Assembly: GCF_002854065.1 (NCBI RefSeq)
Contig: NZ_CP024147.1
Strand: one strand, 5' to 3'
DNA: 64,000 nt
Source: Escherichia coli
GTDB lineage: Bacteria; Pseudomonadota; Gammaproteobacteria; Enterobacterales; Enterobacteriaceae
In this document: positions 62,885-64,000 of the stretch, in pieces
Layout: each line of letters opens with the position of its first letter
Position numbering within the stretch: position 1 is the first letter of the stretch
Notes under the pieces: model-generated
Seen by the model: only the letters and a program-made list of their open reading frames with translations
What the model was told of the DNA's origin: nothing
The model's database searches: none
Translations under genes and position numbers: made by a program

Positions 62885-64000
62885 GCCTGCTCTCCTTTCG
62901 CTGCGCCGTTTTTCAGCTTCAGTTGCGGGCGCGTCATGGGCAGCAAGCCCTGCGGACGCCAGATCATCATCAGCACCATCAAACCACCGAGCATTAACAT
63001 GCTGTATTCGTTGAAATCACGCATCAACTCGCGCGACACCACCAGCAAAATTGCCGCCAGAATTACCGCAAATTGCGAGCCCATACCGCCGAGCACCACT
63101 ATCGCCAGCACAAACGCCGATTCGGCAAAGGTGAAGGATTCCGGGCTGACAAAGCCCTGACGCGCAGCAAACAGCGTTCCGGCAAAACCGGCAAACGCGG
63201 CGCTGATGGTAAAGGCAGTCAGCTTGATACGACGCGGGCTTAAGCCCAGCGAACGGCAGGCGATTTCATCTTCACGCAACGCTTCCCACGCACGCCCCAG
63301 CGGCATCCGCAGCAGGCGGTTAATGACAAACAGGCTTAGCACCACCAGCAGCAACGCCACCAGGTAGAGGAAGATGACACGATCGGAGGGATCGTATTTC
63401 AGGCCAAAGAAATTACTGAACGTGTCCCAGCCGCCTTCACGAGCGGTACGGCTGAACTCGAGTCCGAAGAGTGTCGGTTTCGGGATCTGACTGATACCGT
63501 TCGGGCCGCCGGTAATTCCGGTGTTATTGAGCAGCAATATGCGCACAATTTCGCCGAAACCGAGGGTAACGATCGCCAGATAGTCGCCGCGCAGGCGCAG
63601 CACCGGAAAACCGAGCAGGAAGCCCGCCGCCGCTGCCATTAACCCGGCAATCGGCAGACAGGTCCAGAAGCCCAGGCCGTAATAGTGATTGAGCAGCGCA
63701 AAGGTGTAAGCGCCGATGGCGTAAAAGCCGCCGTAACCCAGCACCAGCAGGCCAGAAAGCCCTACCACCACGTTCAGCCCGAGACCAAGGATAATGTAGA
63801 TCATGGTCAAGGTGGCGATATCCACCGTCCCGCGTGAAACCATAAACGGCCACGCCACCGCAAGCACCAGCAGCGCCACGAGAAACAGCTTTTGCCTCAC
63901 CGTGGAGCCATCAATGGCGGGCAGAATAAACTTCGGTCCGGAAACGCTTTTCAACCCTTTCTGGAAAGCCGGTCGCAAAAGCTGGAAGAAAAAGACCACC
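62881..64000 (-). CDS. livM: Branched-chain amino acid ABC transporter permease LivM, 3' portion (gene continues beyond window end)
   Basis: Frame open to the window edge; translation ...[29 protein letters not shown]...[13 protein letters not shown]; stop overlaps the livG start. Confidence 0.9.
   Translation of the reverse strand, partial: VVFFFQLLRPAFQKGLKSVSGPKFILPAIDGSTVRQKLFLVALLVLAVAWPFMVSRGTVDIATLTMIYIILGLGLNVVVGLSGLLVLGYGGFYAIGAYTFALLNHYYGLGFWTCLPIAGLMAAAAGFLLGFPVLRLRGDYLAIVTLGFGEIVRILLLNNTGITGGPNGISQIPKPTLFGLEFSRTAREGGWDTFSNFFGLKYDPSDRVIFLYLVALLLVVLSLFVINRLLRMPLGRAWEALREDEIACRSLGLSPRRIKLTAFTISAAFAGFAGTLFAARQGFVSPESFTFAESAFVLAIVVLGGMGSQFAVILAAILLVVSRELMRDFNEYSMLMLGGLMVLMMIWRPQGLLPMTRPQLKLKNGAAKGEQA

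Overview
This window is an Escherichia coli-type chromosomal segment, syntenic with the K-12 ompR to livM interval: envZ(5' end)-ompR, greB, tex(yhgF), feoABC, rpnA(yhgA), bioH, gntX, nfuA, gntT, malQP, malT, rtcAB/rtcR, glpRGE/glpD, glgPACXB, asd, yhgN, gntUKR, yhhW, yhhX, ryhB, yhhY, ggt, yhhA, ugpQCEAB, livFGM(partial). All calls rest on reading the supplied six-frame translations and the nucleotide sequence by eye against remembered protein families; no database search was run. Four blocks interrupt the core backbone and look accessory: (1) a GNAT-toxin/DUF1778-antitoxin pair between malT and rtcA, with an in-frame TGA inside the toxin; (2) a three-gene operon between glpD and glgP encoding two paralogous PstS-like periplasmic-binding domains (one fused to a polytopic membrane domain, one a lipoprotein) plus a separate membrane protein, with no ABC permease or ATPase; this is the best candidate for an undescribed system; (3) a PsyrTA/ShosTA-like pair between yhgN and gntU (RecQ-like helicase fused to a PRTase domain, plus a DprA-like protein), whose helicase gene is split by an 11-bp tandem duplication; (4) a 248-aa membrane-anchored helical-repeat protein between ugpB and livF. 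No IS element, integrase, tRNA or CRISPR array was seen. Coordinates of regulatory sites are approximate.
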